Shown here in pieces: positions 55,006 through 63,918 of a stretch of DNA of 64,000 nucleotides (its first letter is position 1; every line of letters begins with the position of its first letter). A model generated the notes under the pieces. That model saw only the letters and a program-made list of their open reading frames with translations, was not told the DNA's origin and did not search any database. The stretch is taken from IMG/VR virus record IMGVR_UViG_2663763270_000002; one strand, given 5' to 3'. The stretch is from an uncultured virus (IMG/VR IMGVR_UViG_2663763270_000002) (lineage: Duplodnaviria > Heunggongvirae > Uroviricota > Caudoviricetes). The translations under genes and the position numbers were made by a program.

Positions 55006-55602
55006 GTGGACTTCCCGGTACCGCCCGACGAGTGTAAGCGGCGCAATGAACTGCGCCGGGCAAACGGCGGTCGATACGTCCCGGAGAAGGTCATCGACCG
55101 CATGGCGAAGCGGTACCCACTACGCGACTGGAAGCCGGTCACACCCAAATTCCGACTCGATATCGAGCCTGTGACCGGAATCGGCAGCGAGAACGCCTAT
55201 ATCTGGGACATTGACGGGACGGTGGCGCACATGACCGGCCGGAGCCCATACGACTACAGCCGCGTAGGTGAGGACGCCGAGGACGTATACGTCCGGGCTC
55301 TTCACTGGGGTATCTGTGACGGAATTCCGGATGCGAAGCACCTTTTCGTGTCTGGTCGTAACGAGGAATGCCGGGACGTTACTCAGCACTGGCTTGCGGC
55401 TATGGGCTTCCGGGTCGACGCCCTTCTTATGCGCAAGGCGGGCGATACCCGAGATGACGCGGTGGTGAAGCTCGAAATCTTCAACGAGCACATTCGGGAC
55501 CGATACACCGTCCTCGGTGTATTCGATGACCGGGACCGGGTTGTCTCAATGTGGCGGCGATTGAATCTGAAGTGCTTCCAGGTTCAGCCAGGGGATTTCT
55601 GA
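55006..55602 (+). CDS. Pnk-type 3'-phosphatase (HAD) with truncated kinase domain
   Basis: WDIDGT, VSGR, FDDR; kinase lid EC..RN..R present but no P-loop. Confidence 0.85.
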   Translation: MDFPVPPDECKRRNELRRANGGRYVPEKVIDRMAKRYPLRDWKPVTPKFRLDIEPVTGIGSENAYIWDIDGTVAHMTGRSPYDYSRVGEDAEDVYVRALHWGICDGIPDAKHLFVSGRNEECRDVTQHWLAAMGFRVDALLMRKAGDTRDDAVVKLEIFNEHIRDRYTVLGVFDDRDRVVSMWRRLNLKCFQVQPGDF

Positions 55603-55684
55603 CGTTTGTCACGGGGAGAACATAGATGTCCTGCAATCTGCCGCCAATCCGCGACTAGATAACCAAGAAACAGAGGTAGCGATT

Positions 55685-56941
55685 TTGAACTTTGACAAGC
55701 CGAAAAACGAGAACTACGCGGCGGTTGTCGCCCGAGTGCCCGCCGTCGTCCCGATTATCGGCCGGGACCGAATCGTCATGATTCCGATTTTCGGTCATAC
55801 CGCCATCGTGCAGAAGGGCTGGAATGTGGGGGACCTGGGGGTTTTCTTCCCCGCAGAGGTCCAGCTCTCCCACGAGTACGCCAGTGCCAACAACATGTAT
55901 CGGCACGCCGAGAACAACGCAGACGGCACGGTCACCGGGTACCTGGAGGACAACCGCCGGGTGAAGGCGATCAAGCTTGGCGGCCAGCGGTCGAACGCGA
56001 TTTTCATGCCGCTGTCCTCGCTGGAAGTGTTCGGCATCGACCCGGCCGACCTTCGGGAAGGTGACACCTTCGACACGATCAACGGCCAGGAAGTCTGCCG
56101 TAAGTACGTGATCCGGGAGCCGAAAACGGCCACCGGCAACCAGCCGGTCACGAAGCGCCCCGGGCGCGTCGACCCGAGGATGTTCCCCGAGCACCTGAGC
56201 ACTGCGAGCTACTTCCGCAACGCCGATCAGATCAACGACGCTGATTACGTGTACGTGACGCAGAAGCTTCACGGCACGAGTATCCGAGTCGGCCGAACTC
56301 TGGTGAACCGCAAGCTGACGATCCGCGAGCGCCTTGCTCGGCGGATGGGTGTGCGAGTCCAGACCACCGAGTATGACCAGGTGTACGGCTCGCGCCGGGT
56401 GACCAAGGACGCGAACGACCCGAATCAGCGGCACTTCTACAAGTCGGATATCTGGACCCAGAAGGGCCGAGAGCTTGACGGTTTGATCCCGGATGGCTTC
56501 CTGGTCTTCGGTGAGTTGGTGGGGTGGACACCGGACGGTGAGCCCATCCAGAAGGGCTACACCTACCAGATTCCGAAGGGGCAGAGCCGCCTTTACGTCT
56601 ACCGCGTGGCAACGATCAACGACCAGGGCTTGACGGTCGATCTGTCGTGGCCCGCCGTCCGCGAATTCTGCGCGGAGCGCGGCCTGGAGGTCGTCCCCAC
56701 GCTGTACGAGGGCTATGCAATGGACCTCGATGTGAACGACCTCATGGACATCAGGTACCGAGATGCCGGATGGCGGACCGCCGTCCCGTTGGACGAGAAC
56801 GGAACCGTGGACGAAGGTGTCGTTATCCGTCGTGAGGGCATCACACCGCTTCTGCTGAAGGCGAAGAGCCCGGCGTTTCTGGAGCACGAAACGAAGATGC
56901 TCGACGCTGGCACCGTCGACCTGGAGTCGGCAGTGGCGTAA
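55685..56941 (+). CDS. RNA ligase (DRB0094/Rnl5-like)
   Basis: Motif I QKLHGTS, VFGE, DEGVV, LKAKS; N-terminal OB-like domain. Confidence 0.88.
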   Translation: MNFDKPKNENYAAVVARVPAVVPIIGRDRIVMIPIFGHTAIVQKGWNVGDLGVFFPAEVQLSHEYASANNMYRHAENNADGTVTGYLEDNRRVKAIKLGGQRSNAIFMPLSSLEVFGIDPADLREGDTFDTINGQEVCRKYVIREPKTATGNQPVTKRPGRVDPRMFPEHLSTASYFRNADQINDADYVYVTQKLHGTSIRVGRTLVNRKLTIRERLARRMGVRVQTTEYDQVYGSRRVTKDANDPNQRHFYKSDIWTQKGRELDGLIPDGFLVFGELVGWTPDGEPIQKGYTYQIPKGQSRLYVYRVATINDQGLTVDLSWPAVREFCAERGLEVVPTLYEGYAMDLDVNDLMDIRYRDAGWRTAVPLDENGTVDEGVVIRREGITPLLLKAKSPAFLEHETKMLDAGTVDLESAVA

Positions 56942-57017
56942 GCCGGTGCTACCCTGAAGGTGTCAGCTATTCTCGACCCGAGCGGCTGACGCCCGATTAC
57001 CCGATCGGATACCAGAG

Positions 57018-57049
57018 AAACCCCCTACTCGCACGGTAGGGGGTTTTTC
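57018..57049 (+). terminator. Intrinsic terminator
   Basis: CCCCCTAC...GTAGGGGG-TTTTT. Confidence 0.75.
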
Positions 57050-57112
57050 TCGTTTCCAAGGCGCCCTTGGACTCACTGTTTCCCCAGCTAGACCGGTATT
57101 TTCAATCTGATT

Positions 57113-57183
57113 GTTGACACAAAACAAGCGATGGGGTAATCTTCTAGATGTCACCAAGACGGGACATTGAAAACTCCAGAGTG
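57113..57183 (+). promoter_or_regulatory. Operator/promoter plus boxA-like element
   Basis: TTGACA-17bp-TAATCT; TTGAAAACTCCAGAGTG at 57167-57183. Confidence 0.82.
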
Positions 57184-57195
57184 AAAGGTCAGACC

Positions 57196-57534
57196 ATGAT
57201 CAAGGACATGATTGCCGCGTACGAGTCGCTTGCTCAGTCCGAGGATGGTTACCAGGAAGCTTCCCAGGTCTGGGCCGAGATTGAGGCCCTGGCGGAGGAA
57301 AGCATCGAGGCTCACCGCTTCGTCTACGGCAGTGATGAGCACGTTGATTACCTGGACCCGACGAATCCGATGGCCTTGACGGTGAAGCGTAAGCGTCTGG
57401 AACTCCAGACCACGTTTTCCCCGATGAGCCTGAAGATCGCGGACTATGAGGCCAAGAAGAACCGCTATGAAATGGCGGACATCAACCGGGACCTTAAGGA
57501 CCGGCGTCGGGCCTACATCCTGAGCGGCAACTGA
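57196..57534 (+). CDS. Hypothetical helical protein (stand-alone early gene)
   Basis: RBS GAAAGGT; own promoter and terminator. Confidence 0.75.
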   Translation: MIKDMIAAYESLAQSEDGYQEASQVWAEIEALAEESIEAHRFVYGSDEHVDYLDPTNPMALTVKRKRLELQTTFSPMSLKIADYEAKKNRYEMADINRDLKDRRRAYILSGN

Positions 57535-57587
57535 GAGACCGGGCTAGCTGGTACCTAGCCCGGTCAACCAGGATCATAGACGAAGAG

Positions 57588-57616
57588 AGCCCCCTACCAC
57601 CCCGGTAGGGGGCTTT
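57588..57616. terminator. Bidirectional terminator
   Basis: AGCCCCCTACC...GGTAGGGGGCTTT between convergent genes. Confidence 0.75.
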
Positions 57617-57629
57617 CGTCGTCTCGGGG

Positions 57630-59111
57630 CTATGTGATCTTCTCGCCCATGATGTCTACCAGTTCCCAACGCTTGCCGGGGTGGAGGACGAACCGGATAC
57701 CGCGTTCCTGGAGTAGCTTCCTCCGCTCTTCCTGGGAGGACCGCGCCCACACTTCAGCGTTCGTCTCTCCGGTCGTTTCCTCCCTCCAGGTAGGTGCAAC
57801 TACCGGATTGGCCTGCAAGGCGTTCCTGCGGCCAACGAGAGACGAAAGACGGGTCATGTAGAGATTCTGGTCTTCCTCGGTTGTGATGAGTCCGGCGTCG
57901 GATTCCATTCGCAATCGCTTTATGGCTGCTTCAACCTCTTCCAGCTCTCGCGAGTTGTCCGACCCGGGGACAAAGATTCGACGGGTGACCGCCTGCTGTC
58001 CGTACGTCTCGATAAATAGTTCCTCTAGTAGAAATTCCGCCTCATCGGCACGGGTTCGAAGCTTGCACTTCTGGCACCGGTAGTACCGGAATTCCTTGCC
58101 TCCCGGAACGTTCTGCTGGACCTGGTGCGAGAGATTGCTACCGCACTTTCCGCAGAATCCAACGCTGAGTAACGGGTTAGGACTGTTCACGCGGCGCTTG
58201 CCTGAGTGGGACCGGGCCGCAACGGCTTCCTGGATTCGCGTCCACGTCTCGTCATCAAAAGTCGGATCAGCAAGGCGGATCATCGACCCGTCTTCGGTCA
58301 GCACCGGCTTGCCCTGGGACATCTTGATTCCCTGGGTACGAAGGGAAGTCAGCATGTCACGGAGATTCGTCACAGTCCAGGGATCAGCCTTCGGCTCCCT
58401 TCCGGCCTCCACCTTCGCCCGGTTCATGTTCGTCAAGACGCCTGTCGCGTTGAGATGGGCCACGATGGACGAAAAGGAGTCTCCGGCGAGCAATCGGGGC
58501 GCGATGACCTCCCGGAGGACTCGCCGCCCCTCCGGGTCCGGGACCAAGCACCGACCCTTACCGGACGGGTGCGGGGCGGTCCAAAACCCGTACGGCGGTA
58601 CGCCGTTCGCCCATCGGTCCGTTTGCCGGATGATGCGGTGAGCATCCTTGGCCCTGGATTTGAAACGGTTCAGTTCCATCTGTGCGAAGAAACTCGCAAC
58701 CATGATGAAGAACTCAGACATCATACGCTCGAAACTGTCCACGTCGTCGCGGTAGTTGAGGACCATCCCGTCCTCGGCAAAGACAAGAATCTTCTTCCGC
58801 GCTTCGATCCAGCGAGCAAGGTCCACCGTGTCCCGGATGGATCGAAACGCCCGGTCGACCTTCGAGAAGACGAGCATGTCCCACTCGTGGGCGCGCTCAT
58901 CGGTCAGCCACCGGCCCAGGTCTGGACGATCAAACGGGGTGTACTTGTCCGCCGACACGTCCAGGTCTTCGAACGTACCGACGATACGGTGTCCTCGAGA
59001 CACGACCCAACTTGACCCGGTGCCGATCTGTGCTAGGTTGCTGACTTTCTCCGCGCCCTTCAGGACGGAGACACGCGCGCCGACCAGCGCGCGGAGTGAT
59101 GTGGCTGCCAT
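57630..59111 (-). CDS. int: Large serine integrase (Bxb1-like)
   Basis: ARVS catalytic Ser, EDLDVSA, KVDRAFRS, PPYGF, Zn ribbon CGKC...YYRC; probable start ATG 59111. Confidence 0.95.
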   Translation of the reverse strand: MAATSLRALVGARVSVLKGAEKVSNLAQIGTGSSWVVSRGHRIVGTFEDLDVSADKYTPFDRPDLGRWLTDERAHEWDMLVFSKVDRAFRSIRDTVDLARWIEARKKILVFAEDGMVLNYRDDVDSFERMMSEFFIMVASFFAQMELNRFKSRAKDAHRIIRQTDRWANGVPPYGFWTAPHPSGKGRCLVPDPEGRRVLREVIAPRLLAGDSFSSIVAHLNATGVLTNMNRAKVEAGREPKADPWTVTNLRDMLTSLRTQGIKMSQGKPVLTEDGSMIRLADPTFDDETWTRIQEAVAARSHSGKRRVNSPNPLLSVGFCGKCGSNLSHQVQQNVPGGKEFRYYRCQKCKLRTRADEAEFLLEELFIETYGQQAVTRRIFVPGSDNSRELEEVEAAIKRLRMESDAGLITTEEDQNLYMTRLSSLVGRRNALQANPVVAPTWREETTGETNAEVWARSSQEERRKLLQERGIRFVLHPGKRWELVDIMGEKIT

Positions 59112-59112
59112 A

Positions 59113-59160
59113 ATGGGAACTCTATCAGTCTCGGACAGCCGAATCAAACAGACTTCCAAT
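59113..59160. other. attP: Candidate attP site
   Basis: Two 23-bp imperfect inverted arms (15/23 match) around central CA, immediately upstream of int. Confidence 0.75.
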
Positions 59161-59258
59161 GAATGACCTGGGAAAACACGAAACCCCTGACATGGCGGAA
59201 CGTGTCGGGCCACGAATCGGGCTATGCGTGCAGGCCCTGGGCGCGATAGGCTCCCGGC

Positions 59259-59450
59259 ATGACATCTTTGTTCCGTGCGGGCCTTGTCGTCCTAGGTCTG
59301 GTGATGGTGTGGCTTGGCCTGTCGGACTTCGAAGAAGCTTGGTGGGTCACCGTCCTGGGTGGTGTGCTGGTGCTCTGGGTGATCTTCGACGCCATCGAGC
59401 ACCGGGGGAGTACCCGAACAGACACACCGCTTCCACGGCGCGAGCCGTAA
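59259..59450 (+). CDS. Small membrane protein (2 TM)
   Basis: Hydrophobic hairpin, divergent from int. Confidence 0.65.
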   Translation: MTSLFRAGLVVLGLVMVWLGLSDFEEAWWVTVLGGVLVLWVIFDAIEHRGSTRTDTPLPRREP

Positions 59451-59454
59451 GACG

Positions 59455-59485
59455 AAAAAGGCCCCTACCGAAAGGTAGGGGCTTT
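59455..59485. terminator. Bidirectional terminator
   Basis: AAAAAGGCCCCTACC-GAAA-GGTAGGGGCTTT. Confidence 0.8.
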
Positions 59486-59486
59486 C

Positions 59487-59990
59487 TCATGTCACCCGGA
59501 CGTACGAGTCCGCACCTCCGAGAAGACTAGCGCCGGCCGAACTGCTCGCTGCCGCCTGGAGCTTGATGATCGCGCCAGCAGTCACATCCTGTGTCACCTG
59601 GAGTGTGAAAGTCTGTGTCTTTCCTGCTGAGACAGACACCGATGCGTGCGTGGCGATGATCGCGCCGTTGTAGAGCAACTGGGTCCGGTACGTCCTTGAG
59701 ATAGCCGAGCCGTTCTGAATCCTCACGCTGCCCGTGATGGTCGCTCCGGTCTTGTTGCTGGCGACCACTAGGCCAGTCGTGCCGTCCAACGTGGTCCCGG
59801 TGTAGGCCGGATCAGCAATCCAGTCCGGAACGTCCGTGAAGGTATTACCCGGGATGGCGTGATTCCCGTCCTTGTACATCGACACCGGCAGGAATGACGC
59901 GAAAACCATTGTGTCCCCGGCATATATTCGAGACACGCTCGAATCACCCACCCGGAACGTAGGGGTGGCGTCGCCTAGTCGAGTCGGCAT
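59487..59990 (-). CDS. Copy of 1..504 minor tail protein
   Basis: Identical translation. Confidence 0.6.
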   Translation of the reverse strand: MPTRLGDATPTFRVGDSSVSRIYAGDTMVFASFLPVSMYKDGNHAIPGNTFTDVPDWIADPAYTGTTLDGTTGLVVASNKTGATITGSVRIQNGSAISRTYRTQLLYNGAIIATHASVSVSAGKTQTFTLQVTQDVTAGAIIKLQAAASSSAGASLLGGADSYVRVT

Positions 59991-59994
59991 CCGA

Positions 59995-61023
59995 TCACCC
60001 CACGATCACGTAGAGCGTGGTGGACGGACGGCCAGCGCCTAAAGCGTCGTATGCGGCCTGAGTCAGCCGAACGACGTTGAGCACGGTCCCGTCAGTGCCC
60101 ACCTTCCCGGCAAGCGCTGTGGTGAGCCCGGTGACCTCCGATTGAGGGTGCGTGTGCGCAGTCGGCGGACGCGAGTCCGATAGCCGGGCATCGTTGCCTT
60201 GGCAGACGGTTCCGGCCGAGGTGCCGAACATGCTTTGAACGCGCGTGGTCACGCGAGCATCGGTGTAGTACCTGTTCGCGCTGCCTTCCGGGACAGCATC
60301 TGTTGACCCTGGGGAAGGTGAGATTTCGACGTAGCCGGACCCGCTCCAGCGGTAAATCTTGCCGGTGTCCACGGCCACATAGATTTTCCCGCCTTCCCCG
60401 GTCGTCGGAAAGGTCTCCAGTGCTGAGCCTTCGACCACATCGTCCACGTAGGACGGGAGATAGGTCGATGGGATCAGCGCCGACGAGTCCAGCGGTGCGT
60501 ACCCACCGGGCACGCCACGGTTAGCCATGGATTCCTTGCCATCTAGGGCCGACTGGAGGCCGGAGACTTCCCCGATTGAATGCGTGTGTGCGGTTGGTGG
60601 GAACGTGCTCGGTTTGTTGGTCAGAAGCTCGAAATCTGTCGGTCCGGGTGGACCGGGATCACCTTGGGGTCCCGGATCACCTTGTGGGCCGGGAACACCC
60701 TGGGGACCTTGAGGTCCCGGGTATGTCCCTTCGGACTCGGTAGGCCATGCACCACCGGTGCGGCGGTACAACTTCCCGCCTGCCAACCACACCGACCCAT
60801 CGGGGGCGGAAGCCGGTAGGTCTGCGTAGGTAGGGACCTGTCCGGCCAGCGCAAGGCCGTCACCCGGAGGGCCTTGCTCGCCGGGCACTCCTGGATCACC
60901 CTTCGGCCCGGGTGGGCCGGGCATGGGCACTAGGACGCCTTCGGCTGGAGCAACGGATTCAGGTCCGATGGACGGCGGGGCGGTCCCGGACTCTTCGATG
61001 ATGATCACTACGGCACCACCCAT
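59995..61023 (-). CDS. Copy of collagen-like tail fibre
   Basis: Identical translation. Confidence 0.8.
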   Translation of the reverse strand: MGGAVVIIIEESGTAPPSIGPESVAPAEGVLVPMPGPPGPKGDPGVPGEQGPPGDGLALAGQVPTYADLPASAPDGSVWLAGGKLYRRTGGAWPTESEGTYPGPQGPQGVPGPQGDPGPQGDPGPPGPTDFELLTNKPSTFPPTAHTHSIGEVSGLQSALDGKESMANRGVPGGYAPLDSSALIPSTYLPSYVDDVVEGSALETFPTTGEGGKIYVAVDTGKIYRWSGSGYVEISPSPGSTDAVPEGSANRYYTDARVTTRVQSMFGTSAGTVCQGNDARLSDSRPPTAHTHPQSEVTGLTTALAGKVGTDGTVLNVVRLTQAAYDALGAGRPSTTLYVIVG

Positions 61024-61349
61024 TCGACTTTTCCTTGTAGCAGCACCCGGTCGAGGGACGGGGTTTCATCCGTGTGCTTGAATATCAGTTGATACGGCGT
61101 CCGGTCCTCGATGGCGGCTCGCGCCGCTTCGGACTCGACACGGCAATACGCCGTGCTCCCGGTGATGGTGAACGGCCACTTGGTCCCCCCGGACCAATCG
61201 CCATCCGTGCCGTTCTGGAACTGGTAATACAGTTCGTGGCCGGTAGGATACGGCGCGGGAACGCCGTTCACCTTCCACGTATAGACGATCTCGAAATCGT
61301 CATTGACGATCAGATACAGTTTTTCGGCTTTGATCTTACGTCCAGCCAT
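61008..61349 (-). CDS. Copy of 1522..1863 minor tail protein
   Basis: Identical translation. Confidence 0.6.
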   Translation of the reverse strand: MAGRKIKAEKLYLIVNDDFEIVYTWKVNGVPAPYPTGHELYYQFQNGTDGDWSGGTKWPFTITGSTAYCRVESEAARAAIEDRTPYQLIFKHTDETPSLDRVLLQGKVEWVVP

Positions 61350-61362
61350 TGAAGCCCCTTCC

Positions 61363-62595
61363 TTATCCGATACCCGAGAAAATTCGGACATCGTTCCAAG
61401 AATTCGAGTCCGCGAATGACGCTCGGCTGACGCGCAGACCCGCGAACGTATTGGTCGGGGGTATTACTCGATGGGCGTTGCCTGTGTACAAACGTGGAGT
61501 GCCGTTAATTTCGATCCATGCAATACCCTGATAGACACAGAACGCCACCTTGTCCCCTGGGCTGACCGATACTCCGCTGGTGAGCTGATCAAAGTCGATC
61601 ATGGACGGGTTGGTGAGCGATCCGGAGTAGCGAGCAATGTAGAGGGAACCGGCGAAGATGTTCGCGGATAGACCTTCCGTGCCAGCCGCGTTAGAGCACA
61701 GGATGAGAGACGAATCCGCACCGGTCTTCGGGGCGCTGAAGGTTCCCGCTGTGGCTTCCACACGGACCATTCCCGACGTGATCCCGGTATCGCGGATGAG
61801 TCCTCGGGAACCGTCTGTAGTTCCGATGGTCGACCACTCTCCGCTTCGGAGCGCCGCATTCTGGCCTATCTGAGTCCAGCCGTTCCCGGCCTCACCATCG
61901 GGCCGGTTGAAGTCGTCGTAGAAGACTTCCGACCACACCTGTTTCGGCGGGATCGAAGACGGCCGGTCGTAGTGGTCCAACCAGAGCATCTGTGCGTTTG
62001 CCAGCGCGGTATTCAGGAATCGGACACAGCGACGATCAGGCCCTAGTTTGAACGATGGCTTGATCATGCAGGACCCGACATAGGTCCCGTTTACCCAAAT
62101 CCGAACCCACTCGTCCCGCTCGCACCACACCCGCAGCCAGACGTTCCCACTGCCACCGAACGGCACCGGGGACGCCCATGTCGCGGCGTCACCATCCCAG
62201 GACATGACGTTTTGGAAGTGGCTGACCATCACTTGATTACCGCCAGCGGCAGGCGCGTACATCAACCGAACGCCGACCACGTTCTGAAAGGACGCGCCGA
62301 TCCGCGACCATGAATCGGTGAAGTACGTTGAGAAGCCCTGAGAGGCCAGCCCCTCTACGGGCCAATAGATTTCAAAGTCCAGGCCCCAATTCGGGGTGAA
62401 GGGCTGCCACTGGTACGACGGGCCTCCGCCGTTGACGGTGAGAAAGTTGCCGTTGACGAGTAGAGAGCTACCGGTGAAAGCGCTTGCTCCATCGCCCAGG
62501 TGGACCCAGGGCCGCTGCAACGGCCCTGGTAGATAGTCGAACTCGTCCCGCCAACCTGCCCACGCTAGGGGCAGGTTGCGCCTTAGAAGAAACAC
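61363..62595 (-). CDS. Copy of 1877..3109 minor tail protein
   Basis: Identical translation. Confidence 0.7.
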   Translation of the reverse strand: MFLLRRNLPLAWAGWRDEFDYLPGPLQRPWVHLGDGASAFTGSSLLVNGNFLTVNGGGPSYQWQPFTPNWGLDFEIYWPVEGLASQGFSTYFTDSWSRIGASFQNVVGVRLMYAPAAGGNQVMVSHFQNVMSWDGDAATWASPVPFGGSGNVWLRVWCERDEWVRIWVNGTYVGSCMIKPSFKLGPDRRCVRFLNTALANAQMLWLDHYDRPSSIPPKQVWSEVFYDDFNRPDGEAGNGWTQIGQNAALRSGEWSTIGTTDGSRGLIRDTGITSGMVRVEATAGTFSAPKTGADSSLILCSNAAGTEGLSANIFAGSLYIARYSGSLTNPSMIDFDQLTSGVSVSPGDKVAFCVYQGIAWIEINGTPRLYTGNAHRVIPPTNTFAGLRVSRASFADSNSWNDVRIFSGIG

Positions 62596-62596
62596 G

Positions 62597-62896
62597 TCAC
62601 GGCTCCACTAGTCCGCTGACCGTGGCATCCGGGAACGTCACGAGGATGTCCCTCATGCTGTCGAGCATCTGACGCACCTGCCGGAGCCCTAGGCCCTCTA
62701 GGTGCTGCCGGTAGCGGTCCGGGTCGGCTTGTAGTTTCGCCTTTGCGTCATCAATGCACGGGATGACGACGGCGGCAGTGTCCATGTCGAACACTCGCCC
62801 ATCGAAAAGATCATTGATGATCGGCTCGAACTGGGGAGGGATGCGGATATGGTCCGCCATCACTCCGCCGTTGGAGATGATTTCAAACTCTTTCAT
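62597..62896 (-). CDS. Copy of 3111..3410 hypothetical protein
   Basis: Identical translation. Confidence 0.55.
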   Translation of the reverse strand: MKEFEIISNGGVMADHIRIPPQFEPIINDLFDGRVFDMDTAAVVIPCIDDAKAKLQADPDRYRQHLEGLGLRQVRQMLDSMRDILVTFPDATVSGLVEP

Positions 62897-63588
62897 GCCA
62901 CCTCTGAAGGCTCTTGGATATTCGGGTCGTACAGGACGCCGAAGACCAGAATTTGCAGGACTACCGGAGCGACAGAACCGGTAACCGAAGTGACGTTTAC
63001 GTATAGTCGCTCGCGGTTGGACACTTCGTGTCCACCGAGAATCTGCCAGTTCGCGCGGGTTTGATTCGCAGTCAGCGTGTACGTCTCGACCACGGAATTA
63101 ACGGTTCCGGCAGCATTCCACTTCTTCAGCTCGAACGTCATACCGTTCGGCTGCGACAGCAAGGCGACGTGAATATCTGTCACTTTCCGCTTCAGTCCAG
63201 CGGGTACGTTCTGACAGAGGCCGATCAGTAGCTCATTCTCGCCCAGCACTACGGCGGCAGATGCCGCAACGAATTCAGCTTCCCAGTATGAGGCTGCGTT
63301 GTAGGCGGTGGCGGCGGTAGCTTCAGCCGCAGCGGCAGCGTTGACCGCTGCCTGAGCTTCGGTAACGGCCTGTCCGGCGGCCCCGGAAGCCGCCTGTGCG
63401 ATGGAATACGTATTGTCAATACGTTCCCGGACATTGGTCCGGTGCTCGTCTTGGGCCTTGATCGCCTTTGTCTTGGCACCGTTGGTGACGATGCCCAGTA
63501 CGGCATCCTCTTCGATCCCTTGGCCGTACCGGCCACTGTCCCCCAATTGCCACGCGCCATCGGGCTTAGGGCCTACGGGGTAACTCAC
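62893..63588 (-). CDS. Copy of 3407..4102 minor tail protein
   Basis: Identical translation. Confidence 0.65.
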   Translation of the reverse strand: MSYPVGPKPDGAWQLGDSGRYGQGIEEDAVLGIVTNGAKTKAIKAQDEHRTNVRERIDNTYSIAQAASGAAGQAVTEAQAAVNAAAAAEATAATAYNAASYWEAEFVAASAAVVLGENELLIGLCQNVPAGLKRKVTDIHVALLSQPNGMTFELKKWNAAGTVNSVVETYTLTANQTRANWQILGGHEVSNRERLYVNVTSVTGSVAPVVLQILVFGVLYDPNIQEPSEVA

Positions 63589-63918
63589 CTAGATCCCCTT
63601 CGGTCGTTCCAACTCTCGTAGACGACCGTGCGTGTCTCGAAGGTGCTCGCGAATACTCGCCATGTCCTTGCGGTACTCGTCTCGGAAGTCTCGATGCTCA
63701 TCCCGGAAATCCCGGAACTCATCTCGAATCGCGTCCAGGTCGTCCCGAAGATTTGTGTCGTGCGTATTCGCTACCTGCTCGTGAACTTCGGTGATTGTCT
63801 GCTTCTGCTCTTCCTGGGAGGCCCGGAGGCCGCGCGTCTGAAGCCATTGCGATACGACGTAGGCAACGATCATCAGCGCGGCCAGCCAGCCAGGAGCGCC
63901 AGCGGGAATGTCGATCAA
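63589..63918 (-). CDS. Copy of DUF2746-like membrane protein
   Basis: Identical translation. Confidence 0.8.
   Translation of the reverse strand: MIDIPAGAPGWLAALMIVAYVVSQWLQTRGLRASQEEQKQTITEVHEQVANTHDTNLRDDLDAIRDEFRDFRDEHRDFRDEYRKDMASIREHLRDTHGRLRELERPKGI

Larger units (their letters stand above)
1..59486. mobile_element. Complete temperate actinobacteriophage genome unit (circularly permuted)
   Basis: Full set of head, tail, lysis, replication, immunity and integrase genes; sequence restarts at 59487. Confidence 0.95.

Noticed and set aside
55655..56887. Long antisense ORFs (also 38012-39139, 46523-47437, 6719-7744)
   Set aside because: Antisense shadows of high-GC3 genes with no motifs
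23635..57125. GTTGACACAAAAC repeats as CRISPR or iteron array
   Set aside because: Dispersed, 13 bp and at gene junctions, consistent with operators
59112..59213. N-terminal 34-aa extension of integrase in the ORF track
   Set aside because: Runs through the candidate attP; the catalytic domain starts right after ATG 59111
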